Made by a program: the position numbers and the translations under genes. A DNA stretch of 62,000 nucleotides from contig NW_008806282.1 of the NCBI RefSeq assembly GCF_000400465.1, positions 206,001 through 268,000 on the forward strand, read 5' to 3'. The stretch's first letter is position 1; every line of letters begins with the position of its first letter. Positions 22,344-37,048 of this stretch are shown here, one piece after another. The stretch comes from Wallemia ichthyophaga EXF-994 (lineage: Eukaryota; Fungi; Basidiomycota). The notes below the pieces were generated by a model. The model was given only the letters and a program-made list of their open reading frames with translations, was not told the DNA's origin and searched no databases.

Positions 22344-23460
22344 ATGCAGGACGAGGCAAATGATTTGAGATGCAACAGCCTGCGATGCCGCAAGATGCTG
22401 ATAGAAGAAGGCAAAGCGGGTGGGTGGCTGTGTACCTCAAGCGCATCTCCAATAAGCACAAACAGTGACAACGACATGCTCGCGTGAGATGCTCAGCGTG
22501 GCTCACAAGAAGCGCTCATAAAGTACATCAGACATTTTCTGCATCGATTGCGCCACAGATCTTTTCGAAGATAGCCAGACGTGTCCTGCGTGCCATACTA
22601 ATCTCGCCGAGCGCGATGATATCATTGTTTGGTCGCGCTTTGTTCTCGCATCTCGGCTGATAGAATACAGCTCAGCTCGCTTGAACCCTCTGAGGAATAC
22701 AAGAGCAGCTGCTTAGCCGGACTGTCCCCACAGCTTATCATGGATATCGCTGGACGCGCTTTTAGGTTCTGGCAGTATCAGCATTCTGAGGAGGCTGGCT
22801 TCCAGGCAATGCTGCTCAGGGATGTACAGGAGAAATTGGCAGTGGTTGAAAATAAACACCAAGGCCAAGCGAGGGAATGTGAGGGTTTTCGCTTTGGTAG
22901 TTTATGTACTGACGCAACGAGCTAGTCAGCAGCCAAGTTTCAGGTGAGCTGATAAGCTGATCGTCACCTATGGCCAGCTCTAAAAACACCGGAAAGCGCT
23001 TCAGATGCAAGTCAGCAATGTCACTTTAGAACTCCACGGCGAGCGGCGCAGAGTTCAGGCGCTTATCAAATCCCACCAAGAACAAGAAAATGAAATAAAG
23101 AGAGTCAAGAGCAGCGTAATAGCAAATAGACGCAACAGCCTAACTGAGAGAGGCACTAGATCGACAATGCACATCCCACAGCAGGAGCGACTGGAACGAC
23201 TGGAAACACCGCCTCACACTGCACAATACGCTCCTCCAACTCCAAGTAGAATAGCGACTGCGAATATATACGCTATGCAGAATGCCTCACATAGTAACGG
23301 TTATAACGTTTACAACGGCTATGAAAGGACCTCCGCCGCGTTCGGTTTCAACAGAGGTGGTCCGTTCGAAGCAGTAAACAAGTCACCCGTGAAGCGTATC
23401 AGTACTTCATCCCCAATCAAGACTCATGCCTTATCGCGCAAAACCTATCTACATAGGTAA
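22344..23460 (+). CDS. HEI10: HEI10/CCNB1IP1-like RING E3 ligase (meiotic crossover factor), multi-exon
   Basis: Spliced MQDEANDLRCNSLRCRK...AV|TTTCSH|IFCIDC...CPAC...DDI|LSSLEPSEEYKSSCLAGLSPQLIMDIAGRAFRFWQYQ, followed by a coiled coil. The missing exons are not in the ORF track. Confidence 0.8.
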
Positions 23461-23506
23461 GGAAAAACGAAACAAAACATGAATAAATGGAAATACACAA
23501 ACAACT

Positions 23507-25836
23507 TTACCAGTCCATTTTCTTTGCTGTGGATTTCGGTGGGTTGAAAGTTCTCCCAGCGTATTCTTGACCATCTAACCAGGGCCAGGTGTCCGATCTA
23601 CGCTTTTCAAACTGAACAATATCACTTTCTTTCTGTAATGTTAATCCGATATCATCTAAACCATTAAGAAGACAGTGTCGACGGAAGTCATCGACGTCGA
23701 ATGATAATTCTTGGCCGTTGTGTCTTCTCACCACCTTCCTCTCGAGGTCGACCTCTACCTCTTTCATAGCCTTTGCATCGTTAGAGAGGTTGATAACATC
23801 TTGCTGTGGTAATATAACTGGTAACATGCCGTTCTTGAAAGTGTTGTTAAAGAAAATATCAGCAAAGGATGTCGAAATGATACATTTGATGCCTTGGTCC
23901 AATAGAGCCCATGGAGCGTGTTCTCTAGACGAGCCACAGCCAAAGTTACCACCGACGTTGACAAGAATATTTGCCTTGTTCCATGGCTCGTTGTTGAGGA
24001 CAAAGTTTGGATCAGGTTCACCTGTTTGTTGGTTGTATCTCATCCCGTAGAACGCAGCACTACCTAAGCCGGTACGCTTGATAGTCTTTAAGAATTGCTT
24101 TGGTATAATCATATCCGTGTCAATGTTTGGCAAGTCCAACGCAGCTGCGATGCCCGACAACTTGATAAATTTACTCATTCCAGCTGGTGATGACTTTCTG
24201 TTGGTTTGTTGAACAGCTGAAGGTGGACCATCAGTTTCCGGTGGACCAGTTGGAACAGCCTTTGGAATTTTAATGGTGGATTGATTTGAAGTGTAATCCT
24301 TAGGGTCTAAAATTTTCAATGCAGGCTCGTCAGTCGAAGTAGCTGATGGTAATGATGAGCTTAATGTTCTGACATCGGTGAGTTTACCGGTGATTGCAGC
24401 AGCAGCAGCCATAGCAGGAGAACACAAGTGAGTTCTACCACCTGCACCTTGTCTACCTTCAAAGTTTCTGTTGGAAGTAGAAGCGCATCTCTCTTGTGGA
24501 GCCAGTTGATCGGGGTTCATTCCCAAACACATCGAGCAACCAGCTTCTCTCCAGTCGAAACCAGCTGCTATCAAGATTCTATCGATACCTTCAGCTTCAG
24601 CTTGTCTTTTGACGTTTCCAGAACCTGGTACAATCATTGCAAGTTTAACATTGTTTGAAACTTTTCTACCTCTTGCAATTGCAGCAGTGGCTCTTAAATC
24701 CTCGATACGTGAGTTTGTGCATGAACCGATGAAAACTTTGTCGACAGAGATATCAGTCATTTGTATACCAGGTTCTAAGCCCATGTAATCTAATGAGCGT
24801 TGACAACCTTGTCTCTTTGGACCTTCAGGAAGAGACATAGGATCAGGTACCTTTTCAGTAATTGGGACGACATCTTGTGGGGAAGTACCCCAGGAAACGG
24901 TTGGAGCGATATCGCTAGAATCAATATTGACCTCAATATCATAGGATGATTCAGGATCTGAGTTGAGAGTTTGCCAGTATTTGATAGCTTTATCCCACTC
25001 ATCACCTTTTGGAGCAAGTGGTCTAGACATAAGGTAATCGTAAGTAACTTGATCAGGAGCAATCATACCAGCTCTTGCACCACCCTCGATGGCCATGTTA
25101 CAAATGGACATTCTCGCTTCCATTGAAAGAGAGCGGATGGTAGAACCGCAGAACTCAATGACGCAACCAGTACCACCGGCAGTACCAATGATACCAATGA
25201 CATGTAAGACTAAATCTTTCGAAGTAACGCCCTCGCCTAGAGGGCCTTCGACGGATATTTTCATGTTTTTAGATTTTGAGGAGAGGATTGTTTGAGTTGC
25301 GAGAACATGTTCGACTTCGGAGGTACCGATACCGAAAGCAAGGGCACCGAAGGCACCATGAGTTGAAGTGTGAGAGTCACCACAAACAACGGTAGTACCA
25401 GGAAGAGTAAAGCCCTGTTCAGGACCAATGATATGAACAATACCTTGTCTTGAATCGTCCATACCAAAGTACGTCAAGCCAAACTCTTTGATATTGTCTT
25501 CAAGAGTAGAACATTGAGTACGTGAATCTTGTTCAGTGATAAAAGAGGAAATTGATTTGAAGTTGTTCCTTGTTGAAGTAGGTATATTGTGATCGACAGT
25601 GGCAAGAGTACAGTCAGGTCTTCTAACTTTTCTGCCTGCATTTCTTAACCCTTCAAAGGCTTGAGGGGAAGTAACTTCATGGACCAAATGACGATCAATG
25701 AAGATGATGTTTGTGCCATTATCTTGGTTAACGATGTGATCGTCGAATACCTGTAACATTTGTGTTAGTTGTAATGAATATTTAATAAATAACATACCTT
25801 TTCATATAAAGTGCGTGGTTTTGTGCTATTTACCAT
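23507..25836 (-). CDS. LEU1: 3-isopropylmalate dehydratase (fused LeuC+LeuD), 2 exons
   Basis: Motifs PRTLYEK|[61 protein letters not shown] and [10 protein letters not shown]. Confidence 0.97.
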
Positions 25837-26249
25837 GATTGTTGTGAGCAAGAAGAGGCGGCCATTCAACCAATCAGGAATAGTCAGTTTGAAATACAAA
25901 TAAAGATAAGTGAATATCGATTAAACTCATCCATATCAGTTTGATAGTGTTTATTTAGTTCTTCCGATTAGTTTATCGGATTTCGGCCTATGCGATTACA
26001 AGTCCGATTTACAGATAAGTTTGAAGGCACTCAACTAGTTACAAAAATAAAAACACTTAAAACTATTGAAATGCTGAATCTATTAAGCAATAGATTAAAA
26101 TTGAGGAATCTACTCAAATGTTTACAAGGGTTTAACATAAGACACGTATTTTAGATAATATACGCAATACTCACTGAAATTACTTGGTTCGTTAAAAATT
26201 TACACATACAATTATCAATTTGATAGAAATCCTTTTCAGGTAAACAGCA

Positions 26250-27998
26250 ATGCAACTCGAATACGGATGTGAGTTGAATATTGACAGGTTTACCAATTAA
26301 ATAACAATCTCAAGTAAGAAGCCTAAAGGACTTGAAATTAATAAAGAATTTCACAAATTTATTTGATTTGTGAGTGTTACGAGGTGTAGCTGGCATCTGG
26401 CATCTCAAGTAACACTCAATAGACCTGCAGAAGTGAAGATATTCAAATACTCAAATTGCGGTCAATACTTAGCATATGCTCTATCTGATAGTGTTATAAT
26501 CGCAAACTCTGCCGGTAGCACTCTATCACAGTTGAATATCAAGCAATGTCAAGATTTACAATTCAGCTGTAAATCAACTTACTTACAGACTTGGACTAGA
26601 TCCGTTAGACTCGATAATCAAGATTTCAGTGAAAATGTTGAAATTTGGTCGTTGGACGGCACAAAACAATTCTCAACAACAGTAAAGCAAATAGAGAACT
26701 GGACGTTGAATTTCACTTCAGATGATAAATACGCTGTGAAGCAACAATCCAATGAAATCCTAGTTTACGATACTGCAAACTGGTCGAAAGGATTCACCAA
26801 CAAATTAAAGGTCGATGGTATGATCACTTATTCTCTCTCACCTGGTCAGAATCCACACTTGGCTACTTTCATAGCAGAGAAGAAAGGTGCTCCTGCTTCA
26901 CTGAGATTATACTCCTTGGTTGGTCTATCAAACAGCTCAAAGCCAGTATCACAAAAGACCTTCTTCAAAGCAGACAGAGTCATGATGAAGTGGAATGACA
27001 TTGGTACAACCCTTTTATTCCAAACTCAAACAGATTTTGACAAAACCAACAAAAATTACTACGGTGAATCCAACTTATACTTATTATCAACGATCGGTGG
27101 GGGTTACGACGCGAGGATTACTCTCGACAAACCAGGTCCTATCCATGACTTCAACTGGTCACCAAACAGCAAAGAATTCATCGTCATCTACGGTTATATG
27201 CCTGCAAAGGCAACTCTTTTTGACCAAAGAGGTAATCCAACCTTTGATTTCGGTACAAATCCTAGAAACTTCACCTTGTTCAACCCACAAGCTAGATTTA
27301 TCCTCATTGCAGGTTTCGGTAACTTGGCTGGTCAAGTTGATATTTGGGATAGAAAATCACTTAAGAAAGTTTGTCAAATCGATTGCTCAAACACGTCACA
27401 CTGTGAATGGTCACCTGATGGAAGATTCATCCTCACAGCAACCTGTTCACCTAGATTAAGAGTCGACAATGGTGTAAAGGTCTGGCACTTGACTGGTAAA
27501 CTGATTGACATAAAACCAATTGAAGAATTATATCAAGTGCATTGGAGACCTCAAGATGTAAGCAACTTCCCAGACTTTAAATCAGAGATTGAACCACCAC
27601 CAACACCAAACCAATCCGTTATCCAATATCAAAACCCATCTGACAGCAAACCAAAAGTCACTGGCGCATACAAACCTCCTCACGCTAGAGGAACACCATC
27701 ATCATCTGGAACTTCTACGCCTAAAAGTAAACAGATTCCAGGCGCGCCTTCACCAAAACCTCCACCTCAACGCAAGCAAAAAGATAATGCATCACAAGCA
27801 TCACAAGCATCAGCATCAGCACAAAATGATCAACTCACTCCAGTGGATAAAAAGGTTCGCAATCTCACAAAGAAACTTAAAGCTATTGAAGAACTCAAAG
27901 ATAAGCAAAACAAGGGTGAAAAATTAGAAAAAACTCAATTGGCTAAATTAGACAGTGAAGAGGAGATCACTAAGGAAATTGCACAACTCAAAATGTGA
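26250..27998 (+). CDS. Translation initiation factor eIF2A; short 5' exons make the start approximate
   Basis: Motifs KTFFKADR, DKTNKNYYGE, GPIHDFNWSP, YGYMPA, AGFGNLAG, PRLRVDNG, YKPPHARG and coiled-coil KKVRNLTKKLKAIEELK. Confidence 0.9.
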
Positions 27999-28070
27999 AA
28001 AACCTTGTTTAGCGTGAAGTTTGAAACAAAATTATATTCATTTTTATTACTTCAGATAAAGCTAACGATA

Positions 28071-30449
<2,379 letters not shown>

Positions 30450-30507
30450 GTTGGCTGTTGGCTGTTCGATGTCACGTTGAAAGAGGTTATTTACTGTATT
30501 CTTTAAT

Positions 30508-32114
30508 TTATAATACAAAGCACGATGGTTTCCAGTCTGATCCTCTCACTGGCGTTGGCTTGAAGCTATAGCTTGGTTTATTAGCCAGTCCATTACCCAG
30601 TGCATCCCTTGAAATTGAAGAAGGTACACCGCCAATATCTTGTGCTTCTTTGACCATATCTAAGCAGTATTGGTCTATTGGTAGGTTGTTCAGATGTCTT
30701 CCAAACGGCTCGCTCACTGTCATGTTTCATCTTTAGCTTGTCTTCTCCACCGAATAATAACACCCACGCTGTGATGATATTGCATCTATCCCACAAAAGA
30801 AAAACGCCACTATTCCTGTAATCGGTATTGCCATCCATCCCAAACTACTAACCAGCTGCGGTGGTATTGCCAGTAAATACAGCCCAAGCACTTGATTGAG
30901 GTGAATGCTTAGGATTAATGGAATTGGGGCTGTTTCTGTCATCAGATTATAATAAAATTGTTTTCAAAACCTACTATCTCTGATCTTCTCCGCCTCAGTT
31001 AGCCAACTAGTCATTTCTTTGACATATCCTGTTAAATTGACGTATAGCGCTGTGTCAATATGTGTCTTTGTTTGATCTTTGGCCTTCTCAGGTCTGTTAT
31101 TGTAAAATCCGTTGAGGTAAACTTGAAGCAAGCGTAAAACTGATAGGGGAATGTTACGAGGTCTTGAATTGCTCAATACGGATTGAGGTACACTAAGCAA
31201 CTCATCATTTTCCTTGTCATTGAGCTGTTGATGCTGCTTTTCGACTTCATTAGTTGCATTGCTTGCTGGTTGCTGCCTGTTGATCGATGAGTCAGGCACA
31301 TCTGAGTCGACATTCTTAACGGTAGTTGATGGCTTTTCTTCATTCAATTCCTTATTCTTGTCATTCTCTTGTGAACTTTGCAAAGAGGATGTTCGCGACG
31401 GTGGTTGTGATGGATCTGGTGATGTTGATTCAAACCTCACCCTGCTGGGAAACGTCTTTTTCAAACTGGCCAGATAGCCTTTAGGGAGTAACACCTGTAG
31501 ATCAAGTTCATCTAAGCCTTTGTTTTGGTTCTCTCGAAGATGATACCTGGCTGCGTGTGAGAAATATGTCTCGGCATGGATAAACCCACTTTAAAGCGAC
31601 AGGGAAGGCTAGAATTAATCCAACAAACTCCTCTATAGCCTTTTCATTCTCAAAATGGCTATTTACCTCCAAAACGGAGGAAGACAATCTCATAAATGAT
31701 CTAACAGTTGACTGTATGTTTGACCAGAGATTTCTGCCTTCTTGCCACCTATAAATGGCTTGAGCTTTTCGGAATATTGTGCACATTCGACCCACCGCTG
31801 TATAGAAGATGACGCCCGCATTGATACTAGCAAGCCTATCACTGGGGTGATTGAGTGACGGCGGATGCAGAAACGACAGCAACTAACCAATCGATACCAT
31901 CATGGTTAGGCTTCTCGATGCCTTGCATATCCCTTTCATCACCTCTTTATCGCCCCACGTTTGGATAATTGCCGCCCACACAGCGAAGAAGACTACTCGA
32001 CGGAGTGTGCTCGGCCTTATGAAACTACAAATCAGAATACACCGACAACACATTCGAATCGACTGACCATACTGATTTACCGAATTCGAGAGATATGGGC
32101 AGGAAGCTCGTCAT
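30508..32114 (-). CDS. Bestrophin-like (UPF0187/RFP-TM) anion channel, multi-exon
   Basis: Spliced VIGLLVSMRASSSIQRW, LAFPVALK, RNIPLSVLRLLQVY, GIVAFFFCGIDAISSQ and SEPFG...NLPIDQYC match the bacterial-type bestrophin pattern. Confidence 0.75.
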
Positions 32115-32167
32115 ATCGTGGTTGATTACGAGCAAGATGATAAATTAAATTACAATACGTGAGATAT

Positions 32168-33122
32168 TCATGACATTTCAGTATCCTGTGTATTAACGTT
32201 ATTGCTGCCTGGCTTCTTCATAAAATCATCCAATTCCTGTTTTCTCTATGAGCCTGTCTTCTCTACGCCAATGCCGATTGGTTACTCACTTTATCGAGGG
32301 AGTCGCTATCTTTTGGAGCTGGCTTTGATTTAATGTTTGCAGGTTTTGTTTGCTTACGCGGGCGAGAAGATTGCTTTGATCTGGTTTAGATAAGTCAGTG
32401 GTTCTTTACACGACTATGACTAGCCCAACCAACCTTGGACCAGATGGCGGCGGGTCTGAGTGCACCTTTGCGCCTAGTCTGCTTAACAATGAGCTACCAG
32501 TAGCACCAGAGCGTGAAGGTGGGTCTACTGTGAAATATCCATATGGTTCAACTCTAATCTCTTGATCTGATCATTTGTCAGCTTCAGTAGCAAGCTAAAG
32601 TACGCGTGAGCTAACCCTTTGCTGTCTTTCCATCAAACATGTCGATCGCCCTGTCGGCATCAATTGATTTCTCAAACGCTACAACTGCTTCACCAGTACT
32701 TCTGCCGCTCTTATCATACTTGACTACCAACTTAGTCAATTGGAATCCATTGAATATATTCTGATTGTGTTACTGTAAGCTTCCTTTGGTCGATTAGGCA
32801 GCTAAGGTACTAACAGCCAGCATTTCCTCGTTTATTTCATAATGAAGATTGCTCAGCTTGACCTGATTCTCTTTCTCACCATCCGGTGGCTGACGCGGTT
32901 CTCTTGGTCGATTCGACGTTGGCCTCCTAGTGAACGAGCTTGTCGATGAGCGCTAATTTGATGTTAGATGAGCACCTTTAATTCTATCATACTCTTTACA
33001 TATTCAATTGGCTTCGATTCCCCGCGCTGCTTCCGGAATCCACCTCGACGTCTACCAGAACTGCCACGCTTATTATCAACTTTTGAGCTCTTTTTTTGCT
33101 TGACGATATCATCCAAGCTCAT
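32168..33122 (-). CDS. RRM mRNA-export adaptor, Yra1/ALYREF-like; absent from the ORF track because of short exons
   Basis: N-terminal MSLDDIV motif, RRM (VKLSNLHYEI...YDKSGRSTGEAVVAF...AIDMFDGK) and C-terminal SLDK|ELDDFM motif. Confidence 0.75.
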
Positions 33123-33262
33123 GTCAATATCCCTTTACACTTTTATCAGTTCTTGTTCGCGCTTCCATCGGCCTATCTCACATAGTCGCCATCCCGTGAT
33201 GAAGGTATTTAACAGGTCTGAGAACATAAAGTGTTTTATTATATATTGTTTTATATTTTCGC

Positions 33263-35571
33263 TCATCTAATCAGGAATGATTGCAAGAATGCCTGCTTGC
33301 ACTTAGTAATCTATAATTATCGAAACGTTTACTCACAACTACAGCCATCCCGCTTACCAGCCAGAATGTAAACTTATATCCACCAATGTCAGTTGCTAGA
33401 AATGTCTTCCATAGATATCCTCCAAATATTGGTCCCAAGAATCTAGATAAACTGACCGCTGACTGACCGTAACTATTCGTTAGTCCAGATATTTCCGGGG
33501 GTGACATGACGTTAATTAGGATAGTAATGCTAGTATACGCTGCCGTCGTCGCTGCGTATCTTATTGCATTAAGTATCGCCAATCCTGTCATCACTAACAC
33601 ATCAGACGATGATTCAGGTCGAACTAACTTTCTTGCAAACGGCACTAATCCATAAGTGAGAATGTAAATCACTGATGAAATCCTGAACATCTGCAAATGA
33701 CTCAAATTGCCATTTGGTGGTCCTATTTTACCATATAGATAGAACTGGTAAAACATACTGAACCCTGCCATCATGGCGATGAGCGACGAAAAGTGAGATG
33801 GTGTCAATGACAACCCGCCGCTGGTATACTCTGTTAATAGGAATGTTGTAAAGAGTTGGTCGAATGTGGTATTATGCAATGCAAGGAAGGCGTACTGACT
33901 CAGTACAATTTTTATCATGACAGACATTTCCACTGGCTTCCTTTCAGTGATAAGAGGTTGATTTTGTTCAGGTATAGCTCTTAATCTCCTATTAGCGCCT
34001 TCTAGATCATCAAATTGATCATCCAACCCAACCCAACTCTTCTGGGAGGTAAGTCCGACATTATCCAGAATCGATTTCGGTCTGGCAGCTTTATTATCAA
34101 CCAGGTGATTACGCGGAACTGAGCCCAACAAAGCGAGGTTTTCTTCACCTAGTCTGTCACCTCTATCTGCAATTGAACTTGGTCTGCTAAACCCAAGTCC
34201 TGCGCTGTCTCTGAAGCTGTTCCTGAAACCGATAGATGGTGAAGGTCGGATTGAAGCACTGCTAGATAGCTCTTCAATATCTCTTTCAGAGTGGTTATTA
34301 AAATCCGTCGTTTCATTGTCAAAATCACGATTCTCATCATGGTTTTCTTCACGGTTTTCATCTTCGTTGTCTTCGTAATGCGATGCAAATCCACTGTGTT
34401 CTTCTTCAATAGCCACATTATCACCTTCCTCCTCTTGATTCAAACGCTCAACCTCCCTAGTTAAGGCTGTCTGAACCCACAAGTCAGTGATAGATACGAC
34501 ATTCTCCTCCTGAGCCCTGAGCAGTCTTTGCGCAAATGACATTCTTTGATTGGGTTGTGATTGTGATAAAGCTTCATCATTATTATCATTGCCAAAAACA
34601 GTGGATGTACGTCTAGAATGTGAACGGATGTCATGAAGTGGCGAAGTTGGCCTTTCATAGCGTACTTGACCGCTAAAAGCCCTTTTGATAAAGTCTATAG
34701 CGCATTTTTTAAATGAATTAGCGTCCTCAGGTAATCTTATCGACGTGAAAAGCGGTCCGGCGTCTCTGCTGACGAACGCTGTGAGTGTGCTACCAAAGAC
34801 CAAGATACTAGCGGCTACAAAGCAAGGCAAAGCGTAAGGGTATTTTGCAAAAAACTTATGTTTCTCCTCGGGGAATAGAAAGGGATATCTGACGGTGGGA
34901 CTTTCAAAGAGCCCTCCGATTATCGGACCGAAGATCGAACCAGCACCCCAGCTGAATGATAAAATAGCATATGCTCTGGCTTCATTGGTACTGTCTGTTA
35001 TGTCTTTGACGGCGGATCTAGACACACCAATGGCACCACTGAAGAGTCCTTGTAGTAGCCTAACGCAGATAGCTTCACCAAGAGAGCGGCAAGTGCCAAA
35101 CAGACTGGTGGCTATGGCATTACCAAATAAGCTAATAAAGAGGGTGATTCTGCGTCCATAACGATCTGCGATGTTTGACCACATCAGTGCCGTTATAAAT
35201 TGAGACAAGAAGAAAGCTGCACCAAGTATACCCGTATAATATCCTACCAAGCTTTCATCGTTATGAGTAATAGCAAACTTGGATACCATTATGAATATGA
35301 AAGGTGCTGCCACGGATGCAGATAAGAATTCACTAAGCATGGAGAAGGATAAAAGAGATATCGGGAGCTTTGGAAGAGGATTACTTGGTTCTACTTTTGT
35401 CTTGATGGGCACTCCCTGGCTAAATATCGTAGACTCTCCCAGTCTGCGTCCAAGTGGCATACTAGTCGGACGCGTAGAGCTCGTACCAAGCAATGCCGAT
35501 TGGGTTCCTGATCTACTTCTAAATAGCCTTCTCCTCCTCACTGTAGGTGTCGTCGTGTCATGGTGCTCCAT
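33263..35571 (-). CDS. MFS transporter with long acidic central loop (YCR023C-like)
   Basis: IADRYGRR motif A, RLLQGLFSG, GPIIGG and twelve or so hydrophobic helices in two halves. A final intron gives QAFLQSFLIR*. Confidence 0.85.
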
Positions 35572-36055
35572 CTCGTAAATGAGCGTCAGAGAGAAAGCAA
35601 CGGCGAAATTGGACAAGACGTCATAACAGGAATTATAATTTTTTAACTCGCTAGCAGAACTAAAAGTGGCGTGTTTCGTGTTCGTTGTTTTAATTGTGGG
35701 TCTTCACGCCCGGGATTAGTCAACCCACTCGGGAGCTGTTACAGTGGATATATCCTGTGGAGTGGATGGGCAGCCTATCCAGTAAATAGCCTCCAGCCAA
35801 ACCATCAAACCAAATTATTATGATTTCTCATTTCTTCGCGGTTCGCCGTCTTATGGACCATCGAGGTTATCGCTGTAAATGATCTGCGGCAATTCTAGTA
35901 AGCTTTATATTCATTCCAGCACCTCTCTGGTCTTCGAATAATATCTGGTACTCGACTTTCAAGTCTTCTTTAAGCGATACTCCGCGTAAGGCTGCAGTGT
36001 TTCACTCCTGCATAAGCCTCTCTGACCTCAACCCCCAAGACCTGGCAGTCCGCAG

Positions 36056-36940
36056 ATGGCGATTAAACTTAAGATATTAGCAGGAAGTACCATAGATGAT
36101 TGTGAAGCTGTAGACTACCAAGGTGGAAAGCCTGTCGATGTGAACAACCCGCATTTCACTGGACAGGTTGCAGTACTGTTGAAGAACGACGAGCAGTCAC
36201 ATCCGTATTTCAACGATGAGTCCAACAAAGGTATCACATGGTCAATACAGCTGTGCGGTGTCTTGCACGACGACGATGTGGATTGTGACAATCTCGTCTT
36301 CGGTAATCAATTTTCACACCCGATTCGGCAGCATTTGCCATGGGGAAGTGCAATGGCTGTGAAGTTTATTAAATACCTCGATCCAACACTCACAGAGGAT
36401 TTGCAGTCCGATACGCCCTGGGCATTTAGCCCTCTGTGTAGCACTGTCGAGAGATTGAACGTATCGGACAATTCAGACACGAGTAAGATGAAGAATGAAC
36501 AAGACTTGATTATAGAAGAAGACATAAGCTGTCTGATTCACAAAGATGAAACTAGTAAGCCTAAATGTGGTAATGCTAGTGCTCGCAAAAAATGGTTCAA
36601 GAGTGAAAGCCGAAGGAAAGGCCTCAACTTGTCCAAAAAAAGAGTTGCTTTTGATTTCGCTAAAGGATTCATCAATTTCTCAACTCTGTGGGTGCATCTT
36701 CATCTTTAATTTCAAAGACATGCTGATTAGTGCACAAGATCGCTCTCATTTCCCGAAATTGGCCTGAACATAGGTTTGCTTAAACACTGGGATGGTCAAC
36801 CCGTTAGGTTCTATCTACGCAACAGGAACACTGGCGTCGATTACGCGGTGATCCAGTTCATTATCGAAGATGTAGGCCAGGATGCACCAGCACAAACGAA
36901 ACAATTGGCAGAGGAGAAAAATATCGGCACTGATAATTGA
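36056..36940 (+). CDS. DUF1769-family protein, 2 exons
   Basis: HPYF...TWSIQ...LVFGNQF..PI..HLPWG...KY.DP.L..DL...PWAFSPL, and second exon LKHWDGQPVRF. Confidence 0.7.
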
Positions 36941-37048
36941 TAAATCTGAATCAAAATATCCAGCAAAACGTTTCCATCTAAGCGCATAAAGTTCATGTAT
37001 CCCATTAACGAAGTTTAATCTAATCCATTTATGTTTGTCTGTATTACG

